Part shown: piece by piece, positions 61,801 through 64,000 of the stretch | Layout of the letters: every line of letters begins with the position of its first letter | Position numbering within the stretch: the stretch's first letter is position 1 | Source: Balamuthia mandrillaris | Taxonomy: Eukaryota | Assembly: GCA_031835245.2 (NCBI GenBank) | Contig: JAVKOQ020000031.1 | Coordinates: 186,001 to 250,000, forward strand | DNA length: 64,000 nucleotides | Direction of reading: 5' to 3' | Made by a program: the position numbers and the translations under genes | Notes under the pieces: generated by a model | What the model saw: only the letters and a program-made list of their open reading frames with translations | What the model was told of the DNA's origin: nothing | The model's database searches: none

Positions 61801-61994
61801 CACGATGTCATCATCCTTGATGCCATCCCTTTCCTTCCCTCTGATAGCTATGACGCTATCCTATTTCTCCTTTCTCCCGCTCTTATATTTAAAGAGCTCC
61901 TTTATCGTTTGTATTCTAATAGACAGACAGACAATACACATCTTTTCTTCCACACATTGTTTCCCTTCCACTGCACACCTCTATTCTTCTAACA
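58810..61994 (+). mobile_element. Internally deleted Ty1/copia LTR retrotransposon, copy 1: 5' LTR remnant 58810-58867, PBS 58868-58878, PPT ~61728-61737, LTR 61738-61994
   Basis: LTR end ...TCTAACA followed by the copia-type PBS GGTTATGGGCC. TGAGGGGGAG precedes a TGTT...AACA LTR of 257 bp. Confidence 0.92.
58896..61730 (+). CDS. Copia polyprotein remnant (944 aa): gag stub + integrase C-terminal SH3-like domain + linker + intact RT and RNase H
   Basis: FDGKNY (gag start) is followed within a few residues by GKKPSLAHLRTFGC. Then KSRLVAKGFTQ, QMDVNTAFL, SLYGLKQAPR, YVDD, GYSDSDWAG, EAEY, ADILTK. Confidence 0.93.
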   Translation: MTTLCSSNSLSIFDGKNYEHSHSQGKKPSLAHLRTFGCSAFVHVPKSQRNKLAPCAKETIYLGPETGAKAYRLYNKATKSIVVSKDVTFVESNPVPIDESPYVIVYPGEDDDDDSDDDDDDDDVPGGSKTSASPAQNVPHAISPNSVSPPGPTATTAASPHNDAQLMDPEGPPPLISDYSHDAGSSSSEALIPQSSALSEHLPSDSDVEDEPNSFSFEPYHFIDDGGGPSQQLFSSDLSGSAPDDSFSEPQLAQSSPPESEEEEDEDNDVPASTSFNKEALPSRSSTTSTTTSPSGGASLSTNSLSPGSAPSSPRRPSSSSSSALSLPRTPPSSTNSRRSNTGGAESSSSSRSSPASPTSRRKQKKTITTKVKGKRVRLRIPSSQAPRRSQRNSKPPERLADLYTPQLYLSVVLPASVKLPTSAEEALKDPNWNAAMHSEINSLIKNKTYVLVPRPKKITGQKQQKHIIKSKWVHRLKVNPNGTIDRYKSRLVAKGFTQVAGVDYFETFSPVAKLVSVRILIYIATSEDMELHQMDVNTAFLYGVLDVEIYMEQPEGFVDPKRPDWVWRLQRSLYGLKQAPRIWNHVIDEFLKSLGFVQSSADQCIYVKFEGGEKCIIALYVDDLLIVTSNKQLLAYIKSELSRRFDMKDLGEAKYILGLEIKRDRKNRKTTLLQTKYTNDILKRFNLSKESSFSQFTPLDPGDVLLKKRPNQSPLDTKIPYRSAVGSLMYAMVGTRPDIAAAVSQVSQFLSEPTLQHWKSVKHILRYLLGTSNYGLHIDGNIPNPLKLVGYSDSDWAGDQNTRRSRTGYVFFLCGAPVSWNSKKQPSVALSATEAEYMALSQATCEAIWLKYLLKDLGYEQRDATTIHVDNKGSIDLAKNPVHHPRTKHISVRWHFIREKVASKEIALKYIPTRDNIADILTKNLAKAKHQRAIQALGISSSH

Positions 61995-63596
61995 GGTTAT
62001 GGGCCTGTAACTCACACACAAAATGACGACTCTATGCTCTAGCAACTCTCTTTCCATCTTTGATGGCAAAACTATGAGCACAGTCATTCTCAAGGAAAGA
62101 AACCTTCCCTTGCTCACCTTCATACATTCAGTTGTACTGCCTTTGTGCATATCCCAAAGTCCCAATGAAACAAGCTTGCTCCTTGTGAAAAAAGAAACGA
62201 TCTACTTGAATCCTGAAATAGGAGCCAAAGCCTATTGTCTTTACAACAAGGCAACAAAATCAATTGTTGTCAGCAAGGATGTTACCTTTGTGGAAAGTAA
62301 TCCTGTCCCCATTGATGAGAGTCCCTATGTAATTGTCTACCCTGGTGAGAAAGATGATGATGATGTCCCAAGCAGCTCCAAGACCTCTGCAAGTCCTGTA
62401 CAAACCATACCTCACGCTATTTCTCTGAACAGTGTTCCTCCTCCAGGTCCTACTGCTACAACAGTGGCCTCTCCTCACAATGATGCTCAACTCATGGATC
62501 TCAAAGGACCTCCTCCACTGATACTGGACTCCTCCCATGATGCTGGATCATCCTTATCAGAAACTCTGATTCCTCAGTCCAGCACTCTAAGCGGGCACCT
62601 TCCATCTGATTCAGACATTGAAGATGAACCTAACTCACTCTCATTTAAACCATATCATTTCATTGATGACGGTGGTGGCCCCTCTCAACAACTCTTGTCC
62701 TCCGAATTCTCTGGAAGTGCCCCAGATGATTCATTCTCAGAACCTGAGAATCCTTGCCATCTGAATTGAAAGAAGAAGAAGAAGATGATGATGATGTACC
62801 AGCATCAACGTCCTTCAACAAGGAAACACTCCCTTCTTGCTCTTCTACTACCTCAACAACAATGTCACCTTCAGGAGGAGTACCTCTCTCAACCATCTCA
62901 TTCTCGCCTGGCTCAGCATCCTCATCTCTAAGAAGACCTTCCTCCTCCTCATCCTTGGCACTCTCACTCCCCAGAACACCTTCCTCCTCCACTAGCTCGA
63001 GGCACTCTAACACAGGGGGAGCAGAATCATCATGAGCATCATCAGCAAGATCATCTCCAGCCTCTCCAACCTCATGCAGAAATCAGAAGAAAACCATTAC
63101 AACAAAAGTCAAAGGGGAATGTGTGCGACTCTGCATCCCAGCCTCTCAAGCTTTTTGACACTCTCAGCACAACTCGAAACCACTGAAGTGGTTAGACGAC
63201 CTCTACACACCCCAGCTCTACCTCTCAGTCATCCTTCCTGCAAGCATGAAATTGCCAATCTCCGCATGAATGTCAACACTGCCTTTCTCTACAACATTCT
63301 TGATGTGGAAATCTACATAGAACAACCTGAAGGCTTTGTTGATCCTGAGCATCTAGACTGGGTATGGCATCTCCAACACTCTCTCTACAGCCTCAAGCAA
63401 GCTCCAAGAATCTGGCACCATGTGAGTTTCTCAAGAGTATCAGTTTTGTGCAATCCTCAACAGACCAGTGTATCTACATCAAGTTTGAAGGGGGAGAAAA
63501 ATGCATCATCACCCTTTATGTGAATGACTTACTCATCACCACCTTGAATAAGCAGCTTCTTGTCTACATCAAGTCCAAACTCTCTCAACATTTCCA
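61995..63596 (+). mobile_element. Tandem second copia copy: degenerate, 3'-truncated, CpG-eroded
   Basis: A PBS directly follows the shared LTR. The copy is collinear with copy 1 but carries frameshifts, stops and an extra ~330-bp deletion near 63265. Confidence 0.9.
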
Positions 63597-64000
63597 CAAG
63601 AAGCTGATGGACTGTTGAATTACATCATTGCTAAAAGTCAGGCAAGTTGGTCTGTATGGACCTAATCAGTAAGTTGCCCTTGGCAGTCAAAGAGTACCAA
63701 TAAACTTTCAACTCTTTTTGGCATCAAGCATAAATACATAATGGCAGAGCATTTCCAAGGAAATAACCTAATGTATTATACCAACAACTTGTGACAATTT
63801 GTGAATGGCAGGCAACAAGCCTGGAGTATGTACCTTCCAATGCTACTTACTCTTGCCACTGCCAGGATGACAATTGTCAACCTCTTACAAGCTTTTATTT
63901 GGGAGAGAAATAGCATGGCAAGCTAGAGGAAGAGTTTAAGGTTGGCAACCTAGTTCTCATTCACTCCAAAGCCACATCAATTGGCAAGTTTAAGAAACTC
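63597..64000 (+). mobile_element. Ty3/gypsy-type integrase remnant, continuing past the window end
   Basis: Broken frames give GLLNYII...KLVCMDLISKLPL, LFGIKHK...HFQGN and EFKVGNLVLI...KKL. Confidence 0.6.

Overview
Gene-dense, intron-rich eukaryotic DNA, most likely from a free-living amoeba (Amoebozoa; Balamuthia/Acanthamoeba-like). That organism call is inferred from gene content and intron style and is not verified. Positions 1 to ~56,700 hold about 28 compact genes. Their introns are short, mostly GT-AG (two GC-AG), with CTAAC branch sites and sense-strand pyrimidine microsatellites. In order: GYF-like 3' end, a small frameshifted ORF, an ARM-PB1-F-box-WD40 protein, MORN protein, SDHAF2, giant-virus-type ankyrin gene, metacaspase, ANK-IQ-RhoGEF-PH, cathepsin L, JMJD5, BOP1, DUF4139 protein, gulonolactone-oxidase-like, archaeal-type COG2521 methyltransferase, KXD1, catalase-like pseudogene, XRN-like nuclease, candidate MEI4/PRD2, REX1BD, UTP13, RPL34, RPL38, Ima1/TMEM201-like, ankyrin pseudogene, ASCC2, UBE2Q-like and PEBP. 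Two intronic box C/D snoRNA candidates lie in UTP13 and RPL34, and a candidate structured RNA lies at ~879-1266. At ~56,765 the sequence switches abruptly to a repeat domain that is nearly stripped of CpG outside one copia copy. This domain contains a C>T/G>A-riddled 18S rRNA fragment, a perfect 62-bp foldback, two tandem internally deleted Ty1/copia elements sharing an LTR (one CpG-rich with an open RT-RNaseH ORF, one CpG-eroded) and a Ty3/gypsy integrase remnant. The most notable signal is this repeat-restricted cytosine hypermutation (methylation- or RIP-like). All calls come from motif reading by eye; no searches were run, and multi-exon coordinates are gene spans.
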